A stretch of 64,000 bases of DNA, taken from the NCBI GenBank assembly GCA_950097015.1, contig CATNEN010000039.1:14074001-14138000 (forward strand), written 5' to 3'. Below are positions 1 to 11,079 of this stretch, piece after piece (position 1 is the stretch's first letter; each line of letters opens with the position of its first letter). This DNA is from Macrostomum hystrix. Its lineage: Eukaryota; Animalia; Platyhelminthes. The translations under genes were made by a program, and so were the position numbers. The notes under the pieces were generated by a model that saw only the letters and a list, made by a program, of their open reading frames with translations, was not told the DNA's origin and made no database searches.

Positions 1-581
1 TTTTCGTACGAGCTGCTTTAAAAAAGATTTCTTTTTTTTAGTAAATACAGCTCCGCACTATAGTGTCATTACCATTTATACTAAATTGTCCTTAATATAG
101 CGATAAGTATTAGAATTTTAATGGGAATAGCCTTTTTGTATTTATAATTCGATTAATTCTAAATTAGTGAGGAGTGCTATTTTGAATGCAAAATCGAAAA
201 TCTGAAGTATACTCAAAACCATTCAGAGGCTAAGACTTGTACTAAGAATAATGCTCAAAACTATGCTCAGAAAAGCAAGTGATATAAAGAATAATTATCA
301 GAAAATACATTAAATGGGACAAATAATCAACAGGAACTGGAATATTGTTATATTCCGAGTTACCATAGTGACCACTCGCGCAACATGTCATACATATATA
401 GCTGCCATTAAGTTAAGAATAAAGTTAAAATAGTTTAGACCTATGGTACAAGTTTGGTGACTGTTTGAGATGACACTCTACACTAGTACACAATATTCAT
501 AAACTGGAAACAATTTTTTTATCGATTGACCGATGAAATCTAAGGTCAGCGGACAAAGGTGTCCTCTAGCAAGACACTTAA

Positions 582-954
582 TAGCATAATAATAAATAAT
601 TGCAGTAGGGCTGCAGACAATGACACATCCTCTGGTGACTTCTGAGGAGGCAATTCTGCCCATTTCGCTGACTCCTGAGCACACACGCACACACACAGAT
701 ACTGTACACAGGCACACGTTCACATAGGTTTGTATACATCTGCCCTGACTTTTTCGTCGTCAGGCAGTGTACTGCACTTTCACTGTAGGGCCTTAGTAGG
801 TTGGCCCTTCAAATAGCGTAAATTGCACGACAAGCCCCCAAGCCTTCTCTCCGTGGCTGCGCCCCGCAACGTATAAATATGGCCTCGCAACGGAATCGAA
901 CTTAGGGACCTTGGTGCGAGAGGCAAATGCGTTGACCGCTCTGCCAGGGACCCC
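582..954 (-). mobile_element. tRNA-derived SINE with 16-bp target-site duplication
   Basis: The minus strand begins GGGGTCCCTGGCAGAGCGGTCAACGC (A-box-like), has AAGTTCGATTCC (B-box-like) and ends in an (ATT)n-like tail. It is flanked by the direct repeat CTAGCAAGACACTTAA at 566-581 and 955-970. The body resembles 49690-49910. Confidence 0.8.
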
Positions 955-1055
955 CTAGCAAGACACTTAACTTGGCTCCCGACTGCTTTGTTTAACTAGC
1001 TGAAAAATGCGTGGAAATTCTGCTAAATGTGGCGACCTACCCCAGTCCACGGACA

Positions 1056-1559
1056 CTAAAGCTTTGCATCTGGTCCAAATAGGTAAAGCCCTGTAATTTT
1101 ATCCATTGAACGAAATCTCACCAGACTCCTGCCGAACTCAACGTCTACGAGTCCCAAGTCAACGCCGGCGGCCCAGCTGCGCTGCCACAATGTCCGCCCG
1201 TTGGAGTCCGCTAGCAATAGGTGGCAGCTGCCGCGGCCAACCCGCTGTACCAGGAGGCAGCCGTCAGGGCAGCAGATTGCCTGGTCTAGTGCCGGCGACT
1301 TCGATGCGTCCTCGTTGCGAAACTGTAGCTCCAGCGCCATTGGCGACTGTGTCCAGCGCTGTGCGTCCTCCAGGAACACGACGCTTGACAACTCGAGGCG
1401 GCTGCCGTCTCGACTAACATTTGTGGCCACCAGGCACCGAGTCAGGCGGTTGTTGGCTTCAGGATCGAAGTAAAGCGATTGCAGTGTTGGCCACAACTTT
1501 TGACCCGGAAAAAGCAGCGCGGCAGACATTCTTTCTACTGAAGCTTCTCTGAATGACAA
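1056..1559 (-). CDS. Uncharacterised ORF or exon (about 157-167 aa; first ATG gives MSAALL...), divergent from DNAJC7
   Basis: GC-rich, non-repetitive open frame in an AT-rich context. No domain recognised. Confidence 0.4.
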   Translation of the reverse strand: MSFREASVERMSAALLFPGQKLWPTLQSLYFDPEANNRLTRCLVATNVSRDGSRLELSSVVFLEDAQRWTQSPMALELQFRNEDASKSPALDQAICCPDGCLLVQRVGRGSCHLLLADSNGRTLWQRSWAAGVDLGLVDVEFGRSLVRFRSMDKITGLYLFGPDAKL

Positions 1560-3865
1560 TTGACTGCAGCTTTGAATAGATTCAATTCACTGCCTTCCTT
1601 TTTCGTCTTTACAATCTCTTAGTATTTCTGACTTTGCCGTTGCCTATAGCTCCTTAGCTCGGTGTTCGCGCGGTTGTATAGAGAAAGAAATGCAGCTTTG
1701 TGTAAATCTGGGAGCTGTTAAGAATGTCAAACAATGTACTCAGGCGCAAACACTCGCAATGTGTTGCTACTGACCCACTGGGTGAGACTAGATAAGTTTT
1801 TCTAAGCCGTTGTGAGGAGGCTGTGGTTTTGCTTTTGTGCAGTCGCGCAGCTCCGTTTCACGACTCTGTCTGTATCTCTCTCCATATTTACTTCTTAACT
1901 TCTCAAGCTCATTTGTAAAGCGCAGCACATTGCCAAGGAGAAATCGTCCACTTCTGAAGTATTTATTATTTGTGTGCAGCACCAAGCGTTAAGGCACTCA
2001 GTGTGGAAGCCATCACGATTTATTCTGCATTAATTAATATTAAATAGAAAATTTTTGGATAGACTAACTTTCTTAAAGGTAACGCGGAGGCGATAATAGC
2101 AACCAGCAGTGATGGCTTAGTTTGGGTGTAGTTTGTTTGAGTACATCGATCCTATTGTGCATAAGTCAGACGATGACACAATTTAAATTCCTTTCTTATG
2201 CCTACTCGTATTTCCAATATGCCTGTCAAGTCACTGTAGTCTCTGTCTGTCAGCCAAAAAAACAAGCAATGGAAGTGGCCAGGCGTTCCCGTTGCACGTC
2301 TGGACTTGCCGTCACCGAATTAATTCCGAGAGTCTAGCTCGTATATTCCACAATTCCACGGAACACTAACTTTTTTAGATTTGCTTATCGTCGGAAAATC
2401 TAAAAACTAAAAATTTTACTCGCCACAAGGCAATCCATGCATATAAAGCTCAAAGATTGTGATCAGTAAAATATGAATTTATAAGAAAATTGCAGGTCAA
2501 TTTGCCCAATTTAACGCATAAAATTATCCTAGAAACAGGCGAATTAAGAAAAATATCAGATAATATGCTATTTATAGTCCTCCTATAAGTAACAATCTTG
2601 ACGTCTTGACAGGAAAAAGTTGTTTTCCTGAAGAGAATTTTAATAAAAATTCTCTATAATAAAATAAATATAAAAATAAAAATTCTTAATAAAAATAAGT
2701 ACCGTAGCGCTTAGCAGTGCACTTAATTGAACTTTAAAAGTATAGTACGCATTAAATAAGATTTTGGACTCTTAATAAATTCAATTCACTCTCATTAAAG
2801 CATGTAATTTTATTTTGTTAAAGTTGACTGCAGTCTCTGAACCTAAAATGTGCAGCGAAATAAATCAAGACAAGATAAAAAAACGCCCGAGTCCCGTCCC
2901 CACTCCCACGAATTCAGCACTCAGGAGTAATAAAAAATCTGCGAGAACATCAATCGAGTTGAATCTAGATCAACGCGCCAACAATAAACGTACTTTGTGT
3001 TATAATCATATGCATTTTAATAATAAGCGCTTTGTTTTTTTCTGCTAAGCGCTAGGCTTATACGTAATATAAAATGTATTTTTATATAAGGTAGGCCTAA
3101 GCCAAACTTTAATTAAAATTTTTATTTTGTACTTTTTCCGATTTTTTTGCTTTGGCAATTTAAGTAGAACTATACTTCTTATATGTTGTAGGTGTCTACT
3201 GTAAAAGTGGGTGACCTAACTGATCTGAATAAAATGTTTGGCTTTGTGGTATCGGTGTTGGTTGTTAAGGTGGCTGATTGCTTTACCAAGAAACTTTTCT
3301 TTCTAAGCAAACAAAGGAATAGCGATTAAGCCCATAATAACCCATATGCAATATTTTAGTTTCCTGTTTTAAGACTTTATGAATAAGATGATTTTGATTC
3401 TTGCCCTAAGCTGATAATAGTAATTTTTACTTTTTAGCTTTAGTTAGGCAGTTGGGTTATAACTTTTAATATATTTGGAGCAGTCTTAGATAATAATTAA
3501 TTTAGGCCTATATTAAGAAAAAAAGCAAAAGTTAACTAAAAGGCATTTTTAGCGAAAAGTAATTAAAATATTATGAGGATCTGTGTAAATCAATGGCATA
3601 GCACTTTAGTCAATAAATAATGAAGTACAGCTGTATTAAAAAGTTATTTTTTGTAGAAAGATATTCACAAAATGTTATCAAGTTATAATTAGCTAGTGCA
3701 AAAAAAATTGTCTATAATACAAATGAAGCCAATTTAAACAAAAATTATTAAAGAAGTCAAATAATGTTATCATTACATAATTTTTTAAAAAGCAACTATG
3801 ATGTAGTTACTGAGCATATTTCATGTGCTCAAAAACTATTTGATACTGTGCTATTTACATATGAT

Positions 3866-3957
3866 CTAGATAATTATAATTAGATATAGATAATTATAAT
3901 TAGATATAGATAATCATAATTAGATATAGATAAATATAATTAGATATAGATAATTAA
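3866..3957. repeat. AT-rich 20-bp tandem repeat (TAGATATAGATAATTATAAT), about 4-5 copies
   Basis: Direct inspection. Confidence 0.85.
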
Positions 3958-4090
3958 AATATCTTGCTATTGTGACAAAGCATTGAATTTTCAACCAATT
4001 TCAGCTGCCAACGACTGCCACCCCCACCACTTGACTTACTTCACAACTTTTAAGTTAATCAGCATTTAGAAGCCATAAACCAATCAACAG

Positions 4091-7000
4091 ATGTCTGAAG
4101 GTGATACAGATCTAGCTGAGAAAGTAAAAACCGAAGGCAATGGCCTGTTTTCTCAGAAGAAATATGCCGATGCTATTCGTTGCTATGACAAAGCGATCGA
4201 GTTGAGTCCTAAGGTGGCTAGTTACTATGGCAACAGGGCGGCAGCCTACATGATGCTCAGCCGGTTCCATGCAAGTTGTGTTTTTATTATTTTCTAGTTA
4301 GGCCCGAAGATAGTTAATAGAGACAGCCCCAGCTATTGCGCATCACTTTGAAATGCTAATGTTAAACGGGAGTTTCATTGTCTGAGAATAAATCGCTGGA
4401 AAATAATATAGTAATTTAGTGAAATCTATCAACCTTAATGTGTTTATTGCGCACATCTCATTCTCATATAGGACGCATTGAAAGACTGCCGCACCAGCAT
4501 TTCAATTGATCCGGACTTCCTCAAAGGCTACCTGCGGCTAGGCAAGACTCTGCTCAATCTGGGTGAGTTCTCAGAGTCTGTCATCGCTTTCCAGAAGGCC
4601 CTGGTGCTGGACCCGTCTTGTCAGGAGGCTGAGCAGCAGCTGCTAGTGCTGAAGGATATCGAGGATCAACTGTCAAGCGTGGAGAAGCGACTCAGTGGCG
4701 GTGATCCTAGGACTGCCCTGTATCACCTAGATAGGTGAATTTATTAATAATTTGTCAGCGTCATAAATTTCTAAAGTCATTGTCTCTTTAGCCATGAAAT
4801 TCGCAGGCTTTTCGACCCGACATCAGTTTTATACTAGTCCTGTAATCCGTAGACTATAAGCCCCTGAAATCAGTAGGTTATAAGCCCTGAAACCCGTAGG
4901 TTATTAGCCCTGAAATTCGTAGTTTTTTAGCCCTGAAATTCGTAGGTTATAAGCCCTGAAATCCGTAGGTTATTAGCCCTGAAATCCGTAGGTTATTAGC
5001 CCTGAAATCCGTAGGTTATTTGCTCTAAAACCCGTAGGTTATAAGCCCTGAAACCCGTAGGTTATAAGCCCTGAAATTCGTAGGTTATTAGCCCTGAAAT
5101 CCGTAGGTTATTAGCCCTGAAATCCGTAGGTTATTTGCTCTGAAACCCGTAGGTTATAAGCCCTGAAACCCGTAGGTTATTAGCCCTGAAATTCGTAGGT
5201 TATTAGCCCTGAAATTCGTTGGTTATTAGCCCTGAAATCCGTAGGTTATTAGCCCTGAAATCCGTAGGTTATTTGCTCTGAAACCCGTAGGTTATAAGCC
5301 CTGAAACCCGTAGGTTATTAGCCCTGAAATTCGTAGGTTATTAGCCCTGAAATTCGTTGGTTATTAGCCCTGAAATCCGTAGGTTATTTGCTCTGAAACC
5401 CGTAGGTTATAAGCCCTGAAACCCGTAGGTTATAAGCCCTGAAATTCGTTGGTTATTAGCCCTGAAATCCGTAGGTTATTAGCCCTGAAATCCGTAGGTT
5501 ATTTGCTCTGAAACCGTAGGTTATAAGCCCTGAAACCCGTAGGTTATAAGCCCTGAAACCCGTAGGTTATAAGCCCTGAAATTCGTTGGTTATAAGCCCT
5601 GAAATTCGTTGGTTATTAGCCCTGAAATTCGCAGGTTATAAGCCCTGAAATCCGTAGGTTATAAGCCCTAAAATCCGTAGGTTATAAGCCCTGAAATCCG
5701 TAGGTTATTTGCTCTGAAATCCGTAGGTTATTAGCCCTGAAATTTGCAGGCTTATTGACCTGAAACTGTTGATTTTCAGCCCTGAAATTCGTAGGCCAAT
5801 CAATCAAACATCCTCGTCTTTGATATTGTCTCAATTCGCAGGTGTCTGCAGAGCGCGCCGCACAGCACCCGTCTTAGACTTCGCCGAGCAGAACTGCTCA
5901 TTGAATTGGGCCGACACGACGAGGCCGCCATGCTGACCACCGACTTGGTCCGGCTGGACTCTAGCGGCCCTGAAGTAGCCTCCGAGCTGCTTCTCCTTCG
6001 TGGCCTGTCCCTGTATTATCAGGAGATGCACGACAAGGCCCAGCAGCATTTCGCGCAGGCCTTGAAAATGAATCCGGATTGCGAGAAGGCTAAGGCTGCT
6101 TTCAAACGCAGCAAGCGACTAGCGGTCGCTAAAGACGAGGCTAATGCTCTCATCAAGGACAAGAACTACGAGGCCGCCTGCACCGCCTACACGGATGCGC
6201 TGCTCATCGACCCGAAACACGACGCTTACAATGCAAAGGTTGTAAACTGGGAGATGGGCCATTTTTTATTTAGGTGAATCTTTAGTCTGAAAAATAAATG
6301 CAATTACGAGAAAAAATCATTCAGAGAATCTACATAAACATGTATCTCACCCCTAAATAGCGTAGACTGCTAGAATCTCACCCCTAAATAGCGTAGACTG
6401 CTAGAATCTCACACCTAAATAGCGTAGACTGCTAGAGTCTCACCCCTAAATAGCGTAGACTGCTAGAGTCTCACCCCTAAATAGCGTAGACTGCTAGAAT
6501 CTCACCCCTAAATAGCGTAGACTGCTAGAATCTCACACCTAAATAGCGTAGAATGCTAGAATCTCACCCCTAAATAGCGTAGACTGCTAGAGTCTCACCC
6601 CTAAATAGCGTAGACTGCTAGAATCTCACCCCTAAATAGCGTAGACTGCTAGAATCTCACCCCTAAATAGCGTAGACTGCTAGAATCTCACACCTAAATA
6701 GCGTAGAATGCTAGAATCTCACCCCTAAATAGCGTAGACTGCTAGAGTCTCACCCCTAAATAGCGTAGACTGCTAGAATCTCACCCCTAAATAGCGTAGA
6801 CTGCTAGAATCTCACCCCTAAATAGCGTAGACAGCTAGAATCTCACCCCTAAATAGCGTAGACTGCTAGAATCTCACCCCTAAATAGCGTAGACAGCTAG
6901 AATCTCACCCCCAAATAGCCTAGACTGCTAGAATCTCACCCCCAAATAGCCTAGACTGCTAGAATCTCACCACCAAATAGCCTACACTGCTAGAATCTCA

Positions 7001-8782
7001 CCCGCAAATAGCCTAGACTGCTAGATTACATGAATCTCACTTAAGGGTAGATTCAGCCCTGATGAGAATCTAAACCCCACGTAAGGTAGATAATTAGAAT
7101 CTCAACGCTTTTGTGATGTAGCTCGTACATGAAAACAATATTATGATACTCGTATAGTTATATGCTACTATAAGTAGGCAATCGTTATATTGTATTTGCA
7201 TTCATGATTGATTTATCTAATCTCCTGACTAATTTGCCTTTATTTATCCAATTAATCTGATGCCAGGTGCACTGCAATCGGGCCCTGAGTCTGATGCACC
7301 TTAACCGGCTGCCGGAGGCACTATCCGACTGTCAGGCCGCACTGGTTCTACAGCCGGACTATGCCAACGCTATGAAACGCCTAGCCCAGGTGCAGCAACG
7401 CATGGAACAATTCGATGACGCTGTGCGCACCTGCGAAGATTTGCAGAAGCGGCATCCGAGCAGTGAGCATCGAGCGCTGCTGAAGGTCCGTCCGCTTGTT
7501 CCAAGCTCTTTTGTTACAGCTTCACCTTCCTTGACTGACCCCTCATTGTAGGACTGCTAGTCCAGCTTAGATTAGTTTAGATTTTCACGGTAGGAGTCTA
7601 GGCTCTCATGGGTGAAATTCTAAAAGTCAGGATTCTCAAGGGTGAGATTCTGAAAGTCTGGATTCTCAGAGGTGAGATTCTAACAGTCTAGATTTTCAAG
7701 GGTGAGATTCTGAAAGTCAGGATTCTCAAGGGTGAGTTTCTAACAGTCTAGTTTCTCAGGGATGAGATTCTGAAAGTTTGGATTCTCAGGGGTAAGATTC
7801 TAAAAGTCAGGATTATTAGGGGTGAGATTCTGAAAGTCAGGATTATTAGGGGTGAGATTCTGAAAGTCAGGATTATTAGGGGTGAGATTTTAAAAGTCTG
7901 GATTCTGAAGAGTGAGATTCTAAAATTCTAATCTTCTTAAGGGTGAGATTCTAAAAGTCAAATTTTCTCAAGGGTGAGATTCTAAAAGTCAAATTTTCTC
8001 AAGGGTGAGATTCTAAAAGTCAAATTTTCTCAAGGGTGAGATTCTAAAAGTCTGGATTATTATGGGTGAGATTCTAACTGTCTAGATTCTCAGGGTGAGA
8101 TTCTGAAAGTCTGGATTTTCAATGGTGAAATTCTAAAATCTGGATTCTCAGGGGTGAGATTCTGAAAGTCTGGATTATCAAGGGTGAGATTCTAAAGCCA
8201 GCATGCTGAGGGGTGAGATTCTAAAGCCAGCATGCTGAGGGGTGAGATTCTAAAGCCAGCATGCTGAGGGGTGAGATTCTAAAATGTTAAGAGTGAATTT
8301 ATCATGGCTAAATCCTCTGATGTCCTACCCAACCTGCACTTCAGGAGGCCCAGCTGGCCCTGAAGAAATCGAAGCGCAAGTGCTATTATAAGATCTTGGG
8401 CGTCAGTCAGACGGCAAATGACGATGAAATTAAACGGGCCTACAAGAAGAAGGCCCTGCTGCATCACCCGGACAGGCATTCCAATGCCACAGAGGAGCAG
8501 AAGCGAGCTGAGGAGACTGCTTTTAAAGACGTCGGCGAGGCTTATTCAGTGCTGACTGATCCGCAGAAGCGTCGGCGATACGACGCCGGCGAAGATCTTG
8601 AAGACATGCAACAGGGCGGACCAGGCGGCTTCCACGGCATGGACCCCAATCTGATCTTTGCCCAGTTCTTTGGCGGCGGCGGAGGCGGCGGTGGTTTTCC
8701 ATTTCATCAGCAGCATCATCATCACGGAGGTCGGGGTGGCGGTGGCGGCGGCATGCCGGGCTTCAATTTCTCATTCGGCTAA
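4091..8782 (+). CDS. DNAJC7: DnaJ homolog subfamily C member 7 (TPR repeats plus C-terminal J domain), 5 exons, 498 aa
   Basis: Exons 4091-4270, 4472-4734, 5842-6238, 7267-7485 and 8345-8782 join in frame (1497 nt). TPR motifs (KTEGNGLF...[12 protein letters not shown]; [11 protein letters not shown]), J domain YYKILGV...[14 protein letters not shown]...[11 protein letters not shown], and a G/F-rich tail ending FNFSFG. Intron 1 is GC-AG; the others are GT-AG. Confidence 0.93.
4850..5795. repeat. 23-bp minisatellite (GCCCTGAAATCCGTAGGTTATTA) in DNAJC7 intron 2
   Basis: About 40 tandem copies with degenerate edges. Confidence 0.95.
6345..7040. repeat. 31-bp minisatellite (CTCACCCCTAAATAGCGTAGACTGCTAGAAT) in DNAJC7 intron 3
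   Basis: About 22 tandem copies. Confidence 0.95.
7595..8283. repeat. About 30-bp minisatellite (GGGTGAGATTCTAAAAGTCTGGATTCTCAA) in DNAJC7 intron 4; inverted homolog of the intron-3 array
   Basis: About 22 copies. The core GGTGAGATTCT is the reverse complement of AGAATCTCACC in the intron-3 unit. Confidence 0.92.
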
Positions 8783-8974
8783 TGTGAATCGTCAGCGCTG
8801 AATTCGTGTGTCTAGAAATGTTTCTCTTCTTTTCTGTTTAAGAATTATTTTAGATTAGTCAGACTAAATTCGGAAAGCTTTTCAACCTGCAGTTGCGTAT
8901 GAGAAAGATAAACCTAAAGAGACTGACAAGGCCGTATTAACTGGGTATTGTAAACAAAGATATCAGACGGGGTG

Positions 8975-9620
8975 GAGTCGTGGAGATAAGACAAAGGTGG
9001 GATGAGAGGGGAGAGATAAGACAAGGGAGAGATGAGACTGGGGAGAGGTGAGACTGGGGAGAGACAAGATGGGAGAGATAAGACTGGGAAGAGATGAGAC
9101 TTGGAAGAGAGAGACTGGGAAGAGATGAGACTGGGAAGAGATGAGACTAGGGAGAGATGAGACTGGGAAGAGATGAGACTAGGGAGAGATGAGACTGGGA
9201 AGAGATGAGACTAGGGAGAGATGAGACTGGGAAGAGATTAAGCAGAGGAGAGGTCAGACGGGAGGGGTGAGACAGGGAAGAGATGAGACTAGAGAGAGAT
9301 AAGACTGGGAAGAGATTAAGCAGAGGAGAGGTCAAACGGGAGGGGTGAGACAGGGAAGAGATGAGACTAGGGAGAGATAAGACTGGGAAGAGATTAAGCA
9401 GAGGAGAGGTCAGACGGGAGGGGTGAGACAGGGAAGAGATGAGACTAGGGAGAGATAAGACTGGGAAGAGATTAAGCAGAGGAGAGGTCAGACGGGAGGG
9501 GTGAGACAGGGAAGAGATGAGACATGGGAGACATAAGACTGGGAAGAAATAAGACAAAGTGGAGAGATAAGTCAGGTGAGATAAAGCGATAGAGAAAAGA
9601 CAGGTGAGATGAGACTGTAA
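8975..9620. repeat. Purine-rich 15-bp repeat (GGGAGAGATGAGACT) with an internal 78-bp higher-order unit
   Basis: Direct inspection. The 78-bp unit (about 4 copies) appears as a 26-aa repeat in spurious ORF 9147-9821. Confidence 0.9.
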
Positions 9621-10242
9621 AAAGTGACAAGACCAGGCAGTTCCAGATTCAACAGCCTTTCGTATCTGGTCTGCAGGCCTGACCTGACCTTGATGATGTT
9701 GTTCACTGTTAGCAATGCGATCAGGCGTGTCTCGTTGTCTTTTTTTTCTTTTAAATTTGCTGTGCAGACTGAAATATATTATGTTCGATGCATCAACACA
9801 CTCACACCCACCCGGACACAAAGTGCTTTTTAAAGATAGAGAAGCCTATGCTAATTTGTTGCTTGTGCACACTGTGTTAGTTATTGTTTGGTAATCTTTT
9901 AAATAAATTTCTGAAAACTGCAATGGGCGACAGAAAGTTTTTTTGTGTTTTGCCACCGTTTTGAAATTATTTCTTAAAAAACTACTTTTTGGCCTTGTGT
10001 TGGCATTTTCCCTCGACAGTAACTAACTACGTAGGACAGTTTTATGAATATAGAAACAGAATTACTTCTTGCTACTTTTGCTATGCTCTGTACTGTCTTA
10101 ACTGTCTAAGCCTAAACACAATTCTCAGATTTTGAGTCTGTTTCTGTTGTCTTAATTGTGTTTAAATAGGCTTGGTTTAAATTAACTTTTTTTATTTGGC
10201 GAGTGACGCTTCTTTTAATATCACTTAGCAACCTTTTCAACG

Positions 10243-10430
10243 ATCCCTTCAGATCCTAAGATTGGTGCGCCATCCCTTCAGATCCTCAGATTGGTCCACC
10301 ATCCCTTCAGATCCTCAGATTGGTCCACCATCCCTTCAGATCATCAGCTTGGCCCACCATCCCTTCAGATCATCAGCTTGGCCCACCATCCCTTCAGATC
10401 CTCCGATTGGCCCACCATCCCTTCAGACCC
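10243..10430. repeat. 30-bp minisatellite (CCACCATCCCTTCAGATCCTCAGATTGG..)
   Basis: About 6 copies. Confidence 0.9.
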
Positions 10431-11079
10431 TTAATTTTAGTTAATGCCAATTAATTTTTTTAAAAGCTTATACTTGCAGTAATTAATTGTGTCAGTATGT
10501 CAGTATATTCATCCCGGCCCTACATTATATATTCATTTTGTTCTCAACAGAGCAACTTGCCTAAGAACGAGCAGCAGCTAGCTGTGTTTCCAAATTTCTA
10601 TTTTACTGCAAGTTATTACTCTCTATTTCTCGTACATATATATTCGTATGCTACTTGAATTAACAGATTCAGTAGTGCATAGCGAGCATTAAGCATGCAA
10701 GAAAATCCTTATAATGTACTAGTTATAATGCCGAAAACTTCTCTTCTTACTCCAGAGACACGGTGTTGTTAATTAAAATGCACCCTTTAAGAACAGGCCT
10801 TTCTACATCAGTTTTGGCTTGAGTAAAAACTAATTTTGCCCTTGTACGAGAACTGCACAAGCTCTCGTGTTTGTCAATCTTGAATATTTCTTTATATTTT
10901 AATTACAATTTTGTGAAAGCAAAGACAAACATTTTTACTTGCTGGAGCGCAACTTAACTATTTTCACTACTGAGTGGTTCTTTGACCTAGTTTTTTAGAG
11001 TTGGCTTGCTTAAAGTTGCCAATTAGGGTTTCAGATGAGGTCTTTGTGTGTCAGGTGAGCTGTATTTTTCAGATCAGGT

